From the NCBI RefSeq assembly GCF_006345805.1, contig NC_043013.1:48174001-48238000 (forward strand): a DNA stretch of 64,000 bases. The letters are read 5' to 3'. Source of the stretch: Octopus sinensis. Lineage: Eukaryota. Shown one piece after another: positions 1 to 12,869 of the stretch. The notes below the pieces were generated by a model. The model did not search any database. It was not told where the DNA came from and saw only the letters and a program-made list of their open reading frames with translations. The position numbers and the translations under genes are program-made. Position 1 is the first letter of the stretch. Every line of letters begins with the position of its first letter.

Positions 1-36
1 TTGGGAAGCAGACTTCTTATCACACAGCCACTCCTG
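1..36 (-). mobile_element. 5' head of SINE family A (cut by window edge)
   Basis: Matches the reverse complement of the family A head seen at 50024 and 55019 (caggagtggctgtgtg...aagcttgcttcccaa). Confidence 0.6.
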
Positions 37-69
37 AACCATACATGCATATATATGTGTGTGTGTGTT

Positions 70-377
70 GAGGCGCAATGGTCCAGTGGTTAGGGCAGCG
101 GACTCGTGGTTGTAGGATCGTGGTTTCGATTCCCAGACCGGGCGTTGTGAGTGTTTATTGAGCGAAAACACTAGAGCTCTACGACGCTCCGGCAGGGGGT
201 GGTGGCGATCCCTGCTGTACTTTTTCGCCACAACTTTCTCAAACTCTTTCTTCTGTTGGCCTGCTCACTTAGCCAGCGGGGTGGCGTCATTTGAAGGCTA
301 AAACAATACGAAGTGCATTGTGACCAGCGGTGTGTAGCAACATCTGATAGCCTGGTCGGTCACAGTGATCACGGTGA
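70..377 (+). mobile_element. tRNA-derived SINE family B, full length
   Basis: A-box-like tggtccagtggttagggc and B-box-like ggtttcgattccc; body shared with 22774 and 23334 copies; ends gtgatcacggtga + (TA)n. Confidence 0.85.
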
Positions 378-437
378 TATATATATATATATTATATATA
401 TATATAATATATATATATATATAATATATATATATAT

Positions 438-655
438 AATGATTTCTTTCCCGTTTTGAATTATACATGGAACCGCCCTTGAGTATCGCTTCTTCCATCT
501 TGGTACCGCCTGCATAATGCTGCGAGAATGTTGTGAAGAACCACTCACAGAGTCTCTTTTCTTCAGCAAACTCTTTCTATTGCAAAAAGCTGATATGTTG
601 CTGAAATTACTCAAGGGCGGCTCCATGTATAATTCAAAACAGCAAAGAAATCATT
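438..655 (-). mobile_element. Possible PLE 3'-end remnant bounded by 48-bp inverted repeats, in a (TA)n tract
   Basis: Arms 438-485 and 608-655 match with 3 mismatches. Minus translation ...LLKKRDSVSGSSQHSR resembles the PLE C-terminal LLNKRxExxSxCRH motif (weak). Confidence 0.4.
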
Positions 656-680
656 ATATATATATATATATATATATATA

Positions 681-912
681 TCACCGTGATCACCGTGACC
701 GACCAGACTATCAGATGTTGCTACACATCGCTGGTCACAATGCATTTCGCATTGTTTTAGCCTTCAAATCACGCCACCCCGGTGGCTAAGTGAGCAGGCC
801 AACAGAAGAAAGAGTTTGGGAAAGTTGCGGCGAAAAAGTACAGCAGGGATCGCCACCACCACCTGACGGAGCCTCGTGGAGCTCTAAGTGTTTTCGCTCA
901 ATAAACACTCAC
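681..912 (-). mobile_element. SINE family B, lacking tRNA head
   Basis: Reverse complement of 148-375 with about 14 differences; truncated where the LINE begins. Confidence 0.85.
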
Positions 913-3900
913 CAACTTAGCGCTATCCTGAACAGATTTTAAAATATACATGTACACCACGTGGAATCTCGCTAACTCGATTTTGGCTGGAACCAACACC
1001 ACCACTGATGAAACTAATAATATCACCGCCGATGAAAACAGAACTACTTCATCAGTAAGTTATTTAAGAAGACGTAAGTACTCTTCTCATTTTATTTGGG
1101 CTCAGCAACTAAACCAAGATTTACTTTGGTATTATGAAAAAGCCCGAGGTGACCCTTCAATCGGGTACATGAAGCGGTCAAAACAATACTGGGACGAAGC
1201 TCATCCCAGCTTAAATACCTTCACGGCCAAACAGCTCCGACAACAAGCATCTTCTGTAAAAAACAAATCAACTGATCCTCGATCCTCCCAAAACACTAAG
1301 AAGGGGTCAAAATCTTCCAGACGTGGAATAAAAAATAATGTAAACAAGCCACCGCTCTCGCCATCGATAAATTCGTGTGTGTCTCCAAATTTAGCTGACT
1401 CAGTAGCGAAGACTGCGGAATACATCCAACTCAAAAACATTTTAAAATTACAATTCGCAAAAAATTTTGCTACTTTCTCAGAGCTTTCGTTGACCATTGC
1501 CAACAAAAGTGAGAAAAAAATCCGACTGGTTTAATGTTTAAAGTCATCAACGATGTCGCTGGAGAGCACATGGAATCACGTGAAGTTAATTGCTGGAATA
1601 TAAATACTCTTGTATATGCAGCCGCTATTACTCTTAAAGAACAACTAGGAGAAATCTACAGTGAACAAAGTAGCGAAATTACTAAACGGAAACAACCTAG
1701 ATGGAAAGCAAAACTTGAAGAAAACATCAACAACATGTGCTGCCATATCAGATGGTTAACTACAACAATAAAATGTAAAGAGAAAAATGAGTTTACACCT
1801 CATCAACTCTACCTCAGATAAAAATCAACGAAACCCGATGGCAACTCTTCACACTGAGCCCTTGAGGGAAAGTTAATCACTTTAAAACATGAACTCAGGA
1901 CGATGAGCGAGAAACTCCCCTATCGCATGCGAATTTTTGAACGAGCCAGTATCAATCGCAAGGTGGCTTTCAACCCACAAAGCATTATACAGAGAGATGA
2001 GGAAGGAAAATATTACCATTAAGAAAGCTCCCTCCCAAGAAGACCTACAATCATTCTGGTCAAAAATTTAGAACGAAAAGAGGGATTTCAACCTGAATGT
2101 ATCATGGTTTAATACAATTGAGAGAGAATACTGTACCAACACTTACAGTAAAACATTCAAAATTGATGCAGAAACCTTCGCTATAGCAGTAAGAAAACTG
2201 CAGAATGGGAAGGCACCTGGAAGGGACCTAAAAGTTGAATATTGGTACAAGAAGCTGACATTCTATAGAAACCAGTTGATATGTTTGTTCAAAAGGACTT
2301 TTGAAGGTCAAACTGATAAACCAAATTGACTTGCTACAGCAAGGACAAATCCTGTTGCCAAAAATGAAATCCCCGAGATGGCAGGAAACTACAGGCCCAT
2401 TGCTTACCTAAAACATTATGTACAAACTGTACACAAGTTGCTTCAACCAATTCCTCCAGGACCATTGTGAGTCGAACAACATTGCGACTGATGGACAGGT
2501 CGATGAAAAGAAGAGAGTGTGGGGATGTGCCGAAGAACTTTTAATAAACAAAGCTGTACTGTCTGAAGTAAGAAAACAGCATAAAAAATTTATGACAGTA
2601 TGGCTTGACTATAACAAGGCATTCGACTCCATTCCTCATTCATGGCTGTTGAAGTGCCTACATTTGGCAAAGTACCTACCACCCTAATTGCTGCTATAGA
2701 GAGAATTACAAAGACATGGACAACAATTCTCACCCTTCCAACTGAGAATAGAATAACTGTTTCAGACAGTATAAGCATTTCAAAGGGAATATTCCTGGGA
2801 GATAATCTTTCTGTGCTTCTTTTCATTTTGGCACTGAATCCATTATCATTCCTACTGCAGAAAACAAATAGTTACATGCTAGGATTTTCAACTGCTAGAA
2901 ATATCAATGTAACTCATAATTTCTTTGTAGACGACCTCGAGATTTATGCTAAAAGTGTTAACAATGCCAAAAACAAAAAAAACTGGAATTAATATTTTCA
3001 GCTGATATAGGCATGGAATTTGGTCAAAAGAAATGTTCATATTTGGTTATAGAACGAGGAAAGTCAGTCCCCCAAACCAAAAACCTGTGCATCAACGGTC
3101 TCCCTATCTCCCCCATTCCACACAAAGAATGTTACAAGCACCTAGGCATAGATGAAAATGTATCATATGAAGGTACTGTGAATAACAATAGAGTGACCCG
3201 AGAATATTACACTAGACTTGGAAAAATATGGCAGTCGGAACTCTCTTCTTACAACAAAACAATAACCCACAATGCATTTGCAGTACCAGTGCTGATTCCA
3301 ACATTTGGGATACTTGATTAGTCTGTAGAGGAAATCCACTTCATAGATATCAAAACCGGCAAAATCCTGACAACAACTGGGAACTTCAACAGAAAAAGTA
3401 TTGCTGACAGGCTCCAAGAAGAAATGAAGGTGGTAGAGGCCTGAGATCAGTGCAGACGGTCTTCGAATGCCATATGGTATCGGTGGAGACACATGGCCTA
3501 GTGGTTAGAGCAGCGGACTTGCGGTCGAGGGATCGCCGGTTCGAATCTCAGACCGGGCGATGTGTGTGTTTATGAGCGAAACACCTAAGCTCCACGCGGC
3601 TCCGGCAGAAGGTAATGGCGAACTTCTGCTGACTCTTTCGCCACAACTTTCTCTCACTCTTTCCTCCTGCATCTTGCAGCTCACCTGCGACGGACCGGCG
3701 TCCTGTCCAGGTGGGGAACCTGTACGCCAAGAAACCGGGAAACCGGCCCTTATGAGCCAGGCATGGCTCGAGAAGGAACAAAACAAATCAACAGCCGCAA
3801 AAATTAATACATAAATGTAGTGCTGAAAAGGGAAGTCAGCAACATTATACAAGTTGGCAGTGAGCTCCTCAAGAAGCACTCTCTTCCAGATGATCTTCTG

Positions 3901-4860
3901 TACAGCCCCAAAACAGCTGGGCTCTCTTACCACAAAGAAGACCTGGATGTAAAGCACTCAGCATACAAAAAAAGACTATGCATGGGTATGATGTCCGGAA
4001 GCTTTAAGAAGACAGTAGAATTGACGCGAAGTGCAACCTCTCTTGGACACAACACCACTACATCACATCACATCACACTTTGAAGGCTAAGCGTTTGCAA
4101 TCTTGGAACAGGAGACTGTCACAAAATACCTGGTGAACAAGAGAGACAGTGACACTTGTAATCCCAAGATGCAGCCGCATGTGTAGAATATGTCACGTTT
4201 CTGTGGAAGACATTGTGCATGTGATTAGCAGCTGTCCTAAAATGTCGTCACGGTACTACTTCCCCATGCGGCAAGATGTTGTTGCTAAAACAATTTACCA
4301 TGGCATGCGCAAAAATACACTGTCCTGAAATAAACTTAGAAAATCCCTGTTGTGGAATACGTTCATGAACACCAACTCAAGGAATACTGGTGGAATATTC
4401 CCATCAAAACGTCTGTCAAATGTAAACATAACATGCCGGATATTGTTGTTTGGGACAAAGAGGCAAAGGTATGTACCGTTATAGAGGTCAGCTGCCCTCC
4501 AAATATAAATATCTCTTTGAAAAATCAAAGGAAAAGAGGACATCTATGGACAAGTGCTTCGAAACCTCCAGCTTCTATATCCCGACTATGAATTCATATT
4601 CATACCAATAATAATTAGAGTACTAGATTTTGTTAGTAAATGCTTGAAGGATTTTCAGGAAGAGAAATCGACCGGCTTATTCGTACATTACAAGTGTAAT
4701 CTGTGAGTGGAACTGTAAAAATATGCAAGACTTTTCCCAAGTTCTAAATGTGAATTTGTCTGTGTTGACTACTTCCCAAAAATGGAGCCTTGTATCTTTG
4801 TTGAAAACCGGTTCCCTCTTCAGTGGAAGATTCATAATTCAAAAATAGAAGAGACATAAA
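913..4860 (+). mobile_element. R4/Dong-clade (RLE-type) non-LTR retrotransposon, near full length, decayed by stops and frameshifts
   Basis: N-terminal LLWYYEKA..GYMKR..YWDEAHP; RT motifs NYRPIA, WLDYNKAFDSIPHSWL, GIFLGDNLS, FFVDDL, MEFGQKKC; CCHC knuckle CRICHVSVEDIVHVISSC (~4180); restriction-like endonuclease MPDIVVWDK..VIEVSCP (~4430); followed by (ATAC)n. Confidence 0.9.
3484..3785 (+). mobile_element. tRNA-derived SINE (family B-like body, different tail) nested in the R4 LINE
   Basis: Head tggcctagtggttagagc / ggttcgaatctc; interrupts the LINE reading frame; tail gacggaccggcgtcctgtccagg...gagaaggaacaa. Confidence 0.85.
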
Positions 4861-5574
4861 TGCATGCATACATACATACATACATACATACATACATACA
4901 TACACACATATATACATACATACATGCGTACGTACGTACGTACAAGTAGTTGGGAAGCAAGCTTCTTTATTTCATCAAATTAGCCATAAAGGCTTTACAT
5001 AGAAGCAAATGCGGGCTGGAAAACAACACAAACGAAATGAATGATGAGTAAAATAATGATATTGATGAGGGAAGCTGACGACGCCCGCCGAGCGCTGCTT
5101 CCAGAAAACATTGTTCTTTTTTTATCTTTTATAAAAACAAATTGAAGTTATAAACGTCTTACTATAGTTCAATAGGACACAAGGTCCTTACAAATGAAGC
5201 ACTAAGTCTCTTACATTTTTCCATGCTGGGCCCTATGCCCCTACAGTACGAGGCACTAAGCCTTTTACCTTTTTCCGCCTCGCCGGCGCCCGACCAGGCT
5301 CAATGCGTCATTCAAGTACGTTGATTGTGCCATGTCGGGCTGCTTCAGTTGGGAGCGGAATGCGTCTTCGGGGAAGGAGTTCATTACCTTGAGCATTGCT
5401 GTCTCCGACACGACCTTCGCTGCCGCCTGGTTGTCTTATTGCTTCCGCATATGGTTTTGATTTGATAATTTCCTTTATGGATGATTTACCTAATTTGCAT
5501 ACTCTTTTGAATTTCTCTTCATTACTTAAAACCAATTTTCACTCTTCATCCATCATTGCAGTGTTATAAGTTAG

Positions 5575-5785
5575 TCTTTTACTTGTTTCAGTCATTTGAC
5601 TGCGGCCATGCTGGAGCACTGCCTTTAATCGAGCAACTCGACCCCGGGACTTATTCTTTGTAAGCCCAGTACTATCGGTTTCTTTTTGCCGAACCGCTAA
5701 GTGACGGGGACATAAACACACTAGCATCGATTGTCAAGCAATGCTAGGGGGACGAACACAGACATACATACATACACGCATACAC

Positions 5786-5817
<32 letters not shown>

Positions 5818-5979
5818 GATGGGCTTCTTTCAGTTTCCATCTACCAAATCCACTCACAAGGCTTTGGTCGGCCCGAGGCTATAGTAGAAGACACCTGCCC
5901 AAGGTGCCACGCAGTGGGACTGAACCCGGAACCATGTGGTTGATAAACAAGCTACTAACCACACAGCCACTCCTGCGCC
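5575..5979 (-). mobile_element. SINE family A (CORE-like motif, internal microsatellite)
   Basis: High identity to copies at 28520, 38050, 50024, 55019, 60676; contains accttgggcaggtgtcttct on minus strand. Confidence 0.9.
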
Positions 5980-6682
5980 TAGTACTGCATTTCCACAGTC
6001 TTACTTTCTATGTTTTAATATATCTGACGAAAGTAATCCTTCTGCTCATTTTCTGTACACTCTTCTCTTATCTGTTATTGTTATCGTATTTGCTTCCAAG
6101 TGCTGCTTAGAAGCTCTGTTTCCATATTAATCTCGTTCAAAGACATTTGTTCCAATAGTCTTTGTCATTCTGGTTCATCAGTTATGAATTTGATTTCGAC
6201 TTAATGAGATTTAAAACGAATAGGATAGAATTCAACCATTTTTCTTAGATATCTGCGCTGTTGATACATACTTTTTTTTATATTTCTAGCCATCAGATGA
6301 ACGTATCTAATTTCAAAACATCTCCAATTTATAGAAGTTTTAATTCAACCACAGAAAAAGAACAAATAATGAAAGAAAAACAATGTGTTAAGAAAGCGTT
6401 TCTCACTATCAATAACGTACCTTATTATAAAGAACACTTTTAAGCAAAGACAAGTGTCGCAAACAGTAAGGTTTTTTTAAAGATACTTAAAAAGGCAAAT
6501 GCTCATCTCCCTGAAAAGCTTCAGTTGGTTTTAATGTCTGAAAGGGATATAACAATTATTGTTATTTAACGTGCTATTGAACAAAGGTTGAAGCTTATTA
6601 CAACTGAGTAGCGTATCATCGCCATTTTGTTTGTGTGTGCATGTATGAATATGGATGTGCATATATATATATATATTACTTT

Positions 6683-6762
<80 letters not shown>

Positions 6763-7090
6763 TACATATATATGTATATATATATACAGACACACATATA
6801 CCTATCGTCAATAACCTAGAATAACCTAAAATAGAGAGGTTATTATAGATAAATATATGATTTTCCCTCTATATCATACTATATATATATAGCCTTCTTT
6901 TCCACCACCGTAGTAATCCACTGTTTACTTTTTTAATATCTTGCTAAGTCTCCCTCCTCCCTCCTATAGTAAACCATTTTATTAATTTTATTACATATTG
7001 TTTTCCATATATCAATATTTTGAAAGTTGACTCTCTGCGTTCGTATATATGTAATTGTGTTGGCGAATGAAAGAAAGTAAACATGATTTT

Positions 7091-7263
7091 CTTTTATCTG
7101 ATGAGCAACCTTTTTTTTACCTGTATTTATTTATAAATTAAACAACTGCACTGTATTATTTATATTATATTTATATTAATACAGGCATGTAAAATAATTT
7201 ATTATTTATTATACACTAAAATAGTTTTTCTATGTTAAAGGCTACGAAACGATCGTTATTATA
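7091..7263 (+). ncRNA. Degenerate type I hammerhead ribozyme with long stem II insertion
   Basis: CTGATGA 7098-7104; GAAA 7246-7249; palindromic stem III ACGATCGT; imperfect stem II gcaaccttt/aaaggctac; weak stem I. Confidence 0.4.
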
Positions 7264-7335
7264 TGAATGTCAATTGGTGAAATAAATACATTCATCATAT
7301 ACCACCTCCACTCTTTCTTTATATTTTATGATATA

Positions 7336-7366
<31 letters not shown>

Positions 7367-7495
7367 CGTATTGACTTATATCGTTATGAAAATAACAACG
7401 CATCCACTTATCCATGTTCAGTGGCCGTAAAGAATGAAGAATTTAACGGTAAAAAATTAAGAATCTAACGTTTCAAATGTTTGCCTTCATTTCAG

Positions 7496-7540
7496 AATGA
7501 CAGGAAGAGAGAGGGATGTTATCACGCTGAGTGTAGGTCA
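7496..7540 (+). CDS. Candidate short first coding exon MTGRERDVITLSVGQ (tubulin-N-terminus-like); unconfirmed
   Basis: Acceptor ttgccttcatttcag (AG 7494-7495), ATG 7497, donor gtaagt 7541. No downstream exon found in the window. Confidence 0.25.
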
Positions 7541-9104
7541 GTAAGTTTGTTCCAGCCAAGGCGACCACACTCCTTCTTTCAGAATCTAGATTTCATACTG
7601 TTCCCTTTATATTTCGTCGCTGTGTAATCACCCAGTATGCGCGCATGCAATGCTAAATAGTAATTTGGAACTTTCTCAAGAATAATTCAGTAACGGTCTA
7701 CCCAAGACGGTGCTACCCAAGGCATATCGTATGGCAGTTCTGACAGAAACTCGAAAAGTTTTCGTTAGATAACAGTTATAGACAAGGAAGTCAATAGAGA
7801 TCTTTACAGTACACTTTGAATGTTTCCTCTGACGAAGACAAAGCAAGCATAACTGACAGTGACCAACATAAACTCTAACCGACTCTCTCCTGTTTCAAAA
7901 TAAACAACACATGCATGTGTGCATGTGTTTCTGGGCATGTATAGGCATGTATAACGTGTATATGTGCACATGCTTCTGTGTATATGGTTGAATGTTTGAG
8001 TTATATTATGCATGATATTTATATCCTCCATAAATGTACAACATTGCGCGTGATATTATGTATATATGTGCATGTATCTAAGGATAAAAGAAACATTCTT
8101 TGAAGTGATAATAATTCAAAGTCAAAGAAAAATATATTTTGGTATGCTACTTCATGAATTATTTATTACTTCTTGTCGAAAAATTCGCCGCAGAAGAAAT
8201 GGTTGTCTCGAAATACTATAAGGACTTATACAACTCACAATTATAGCTGGGCAAAATTATATAACAATGGAAATATTTTAAAAAAACAAAAAAACACTTT
8301 GCTTCTGAGAATTTTAAAGCGTTTTGCTATCTGAACTGAACAATATTAACAAAAGAATAAAGCGGTTGCGCGACATAGCTCCTCTACATTTGACAAATAA
8401 AAGTTGAACCAGTAAACAGCATATGCAGTAGTAGAGTGTCAGAGAAAGTAAAGCTAGGTTATTGCTATTATATGTTTCCGTTTGATTATTTTTGTATATA
8501 TATATTTTCTTTAATTTTTGTTATTGATTTATTTCAACATTATATGTATTTAATAGGAATGAAAGAAGCAGGCAAAAATTTTTTTTTTCCATTTCTTCAG
8601 CCGCCATTTTAACGTTCTTGTTAACCTACATACACTATTATACTTTTTGTGACGCTTCGTTCTGCGCTCTTGTTGATTATCATTCTCTTTCACTTACGTC
8701 TTTTACACACACTTCTGCTTATTTTAGAATTGTTGTGGAGAAAAAATTAATTTCAATTTTTAATTTTTACTTTGTGTTTATCTTGTATTTTTCTTTACAA
8801 TTACGTACCTTCTGGCACCATATTATTAATCTAATTTAGTTATATGGTTCTGTTTGTGGAACAGTCATTTCTGCAGCAAAAAAGGCTATTGTTTTATTTT
8901 CGCATATGCATCTGTGATTTTAGAACACAATATTTTGCTAGCTCTTTTTTTTTAAGAGTGTATATTTAAGGACCCTAGTACAATGATGTTGAGATGACGA
9001 ATGCAAGTTAGATTTGCTGTTATTTACCCATACATACATACATGTGTGTATGTGTTTATGTGTGCATGTATATATGAATATACAAGCACATATATACATA
9101 CATG

Positions 9105-9198
9105 TAGATAAAAAGACAGGCAGACAGACAGACAGGCAGACAGACAGATAGACAGGCAGGTAGGCAGACAGACAGACAGACAGACATACAGACGGATG

Positions 9199-9264
<66 letters not shown>

Positions 9265-9269
9265 CAGAC

Positions 9270-9352
<83 letters not shown>
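9105..9352. repeat. (GACA)n/(GATA)n microsatellite
   Basis: Directly visible. Confidence 0.95.
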
Positions 9353-9754
9353 CGCACATGTATACTCTGTACAGATATACCTATATCTACCTATCTATAA
9401 ATGTGTGCGTGTATGCACATGAGAGCACAAGTATTTGTATACGTTTGTGTGTATGTATATGTGTTTATGCATGTGTGTGTATCTAAATAAAACTAAAATT
9501 CAACTTCTGTTCCTAATTTTATATTAAACAATATACCGTGTGTGAAAAAATGCTTCGACCGATTCTTAAAAAATAGCTTTCAACATATCTGAACTCGAAG
9601 AGTTTTAAACTGAAGGATTATCGACAACACATTTGAAGAAAAAACGTTGTTCCTGTTGTGACTACCAAGAACACGAAAAGAACGTGCAGAGTCACACATG
9701 TTCATGGATAAAAGACATAAGTACAGGCATACATATAATGTATGAATATAAATT

Positions 9755-9994
9755 GAAGGCGGCGAGCTGGCAGAAACGTTAGCACGCCGGGCGAAATGCG
9801 TTGCCGTATTTCGTCTGCCGTTATGTTCTGAGTTCAAATTCCGTCGAGGTCGACTTTGCCTTTCATCCTTCCGGGGTCGATAAATTAAGTACCAGTTATG
9901 CACTGGGGTCGATGTAATCGACTTAATCCCTTTGTCTGTCCTTGTTTGTCTCCTCTGTGTTTAGCCCCTTGTGGGTAGTAAAGAAATATATATA
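9755..9994 (+). mobile_element. SINE family C with 10-bp TSD
   Basis: gaaggcggcgagctggcagaa...gtaaagaaata; TSD aatataaatt at 9745-9754 and 9995-10004. Confidence 0.9.
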
Positions 9995-10231
9995 AATATA
10001 AATTATTCAGAGTACAAAGTCACGCACATGCATATGAACACATACGCACAAGCACAAACGAAAAGAACGTGTATATAGATACGAAAAGATGCACACTCAC
10101 ACACATACACACACACATACACACACACATACACACACACATACACACACACATACACACACACATATTCCTAAACACTTGACAAAAAGACAAAGCATTC
10201 AAGATGTTTAGCAAATGCGTCTGGACATATA

Positions 10232-11251
10232 CATTAATACATACATACATACATAAATACATACATGCATGCATGCATACATACATACATATATATATAC
10301 ATACATATATACATACATACATTAATACATACATACATATATGTACATACATACATTAATACATACATACATACATATATATATATATACATACATACAT
10401 ATATATAGATACATACATACATAAATACATACATACATACAAACGTACATACATGCATGCATACATACATACATACATTCATACATATATACATACATAC
10501 ATACGTACATACATACATGCATACATGCATACATACATACATACATACATACATACATACATGCATGCATACATACATACATACATATATACATGCATAC
10601 ATACATACATGCATACATGCATACATACATACATACATACATACATACATGCATACATACATACATACATACATGCATACATACATGCATGCATGCATAC
10701 ATACATACATACATGCATACATACATACATACATGCATACATGCATACATACATACATACATACATGCATACATGCATACATGCATACATGCATACATAC
10801 ATTCATACATGCATGCATACATACATACATACATACATACATACATACATACATACGTACATACATACATACATACATACATGCATGCATGCATGCATAC
10901 ATACATACATACATGCATACATACATACATACATGCATGCATACATACATGCATGCATGCATACATACATACATACATACATACATACAAACATGCATGC
11001 ATGCATACATACATACATACATGCATGCATGCATACATACATACATACATACATACATACATACATACATACATACATTCATACACACATACGTACATGC
11101 ATACATACATACATTCATACATACATACATACATTCATACACACATACGTACATGCATACATACATACATTCATACATACATACATACATACATTCATAC
11201 ACACATACATACATGCATGCATGCATACATACATACATGCATACATACATA
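10232..11251. repeat. ~1-kb compound (ATAC)n/(ATGC)n tetranucleotide array
   Basis: Directly visible; source of the MYVC/HTYI pseudo-ORFs. Confidence 0.95.
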
Positions 11252-11588
11252 TGACTATGCATATAAACACGTACGCACAGATACATATTTACCGCCAAAC
11301 ACGGACGCACGTACACATACAGGGTTCTATAAAAATGGATGCACGAATTTTCCAAATGACTTTGTTTAAAAAAAAAACACGTCTTACATAATTGTCAAAA
11401 TTACTACTGTCATTTGTTTTCCATAGTTATGACGCTCTTCAGCATCTCAGATCCTCTCCTTACATCTCTGTCGCTCCCGAAACCCACCTCTCTCTTTCTC
11501 TCTTTACCTCTCTCTCTCTCTCTCTCACTCTATTTCATTCTCTCTCGCACAGATAAATAGAATTATGTTTATAGTATAAACATCAATA

Positions 11589-11649
<61 letters not shown>

Positions 11650-11651
11650 AG

Positions 11652-11685
<34 letters not shown>

Positions 11686-11697
11686 CATATTATATAC

Positions 11698-11751
<54 letters not shown>

Positions 11752-11753
11752 TA

Positions 11754-11789
<36 letters not shown>

Positions 11790-12030
11790 TGTATGCATAC
11801 ATATATACACATATGTATAGCATGTATATATATATATGTGTGTGTGTGTGTTTGTATTTGTGTACAGAGAGATATAGCATGCATGTATATTTGTATTGCT
11901 CTCTGCTTCTCTCTCCCTTTCTCTCTCCCTCATCTATCTCTCTATCTCTCTTTCTTTCTCTTTCTCTCCCTTCTCTCTCTCTCTCTCTCTCTGCCGAAGA
12001 AATGGAAGCCGGTGATAGCGGAAGAAGAGA

Positions 12031-12084
<54 letters not shown>

Positions 12085-12289
12085 ACAGAAGGAAAAGGTG
12101 GAAAAGAAAAGAAAGGAAAAGAGACATGATGCGGTCAGTTCGAATGTCGACAGCCAGAAGAACAGAGACGCAAGTATCGAGAGACATTTTGTATAAGCTA
12201 AAAGGATATCGGTTATTTCTTAGTGGGATCGATATCCTTTGAGTCTTTTAAAGATCACGATGGAGCTGTTGATGCGTGCAAGGAATATG

Positions 12290-12786
12290 GATAGTAAGTG
12301 TTTGTCTATCTGTGTGTCTGTCAGGTTGTACCCCCACCCTGACCACGGCTTTCAACCGATTCTGATGAAACTTGACACACACATAGCCCAATGTCATAAT
12401 TCAAAACTAACACAGCGAAAATTTTGGAAAGTTTCCCCCAGTTCTGAAAAAAATCGATAAATTCGACATGGGGTCGAGAATCTAAGCTTTTTATATGCAA
12501 CACGTTTTCTGTTGTAGTTTTCGCAACTTACATTTGGGCGAACAGTGCTTCGCCCACGGTCAACTCTACGTGGGCTATTCACGCATTGGGAGGCGCAATG
12601 ATTTTTTCATGTTTTCGCCCAAAGGACAGCTAGGAACATCGTATACACAGAAGTATTCGAGTGAAGAGAAGACATTGCAACCTACACATGCGCCTTCGTT
12701 CCCTAGAGGGAAAGGACTAGATTGGGATTAGTCGTTGCCTACCAGGGGCTCTTACATACCCGGGCAATGCCGGGCTATGCTGCTAG
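12290..12786 (+). mobile_element. Non-autonomous Helitron-like element (3' end clear, 5' end uncertain)
   Basis: Subterminal GC hairpin cccgg-gcaatg-ccggg (12759-12774), then CTAG (12783-12786) followed by T. Confidence 0.65.
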
Positions 12787-12869
12787 TTCTATATAAAGTA
12801 AGCTTTACACCATCAGACGTTCGGAAACTATTGAACATAAGTCTGTAACACCTATTTTCAATACAGCGG

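Noticed and set aside
70-147. tRNA-like segments at SINE heads (also 3484, 23334, 32305, 36983)
   Set aside because: They continue directly into SINE bodies and lack a complete cloverleaf, so they are not tRNA genes.
8185-8222. cagaaga...gtctcgaaatac hammerhead-like string
   Set aside because: Core mismatch (CAGA) and no convincing stems I or II.
8580-8612. gccgccattttaac (YY1-like motif / minus-strand ATG GCG GCT)
   Set aside because: Single short motif; the minus ORF closes after about 20 codons; no supporting context.
11995-12196. [14 protein letters not shown](n)-GQKEK...
   Set aside because: Built around (CT)n and (AGT)n repeats; no splice signals or recognisable domain.
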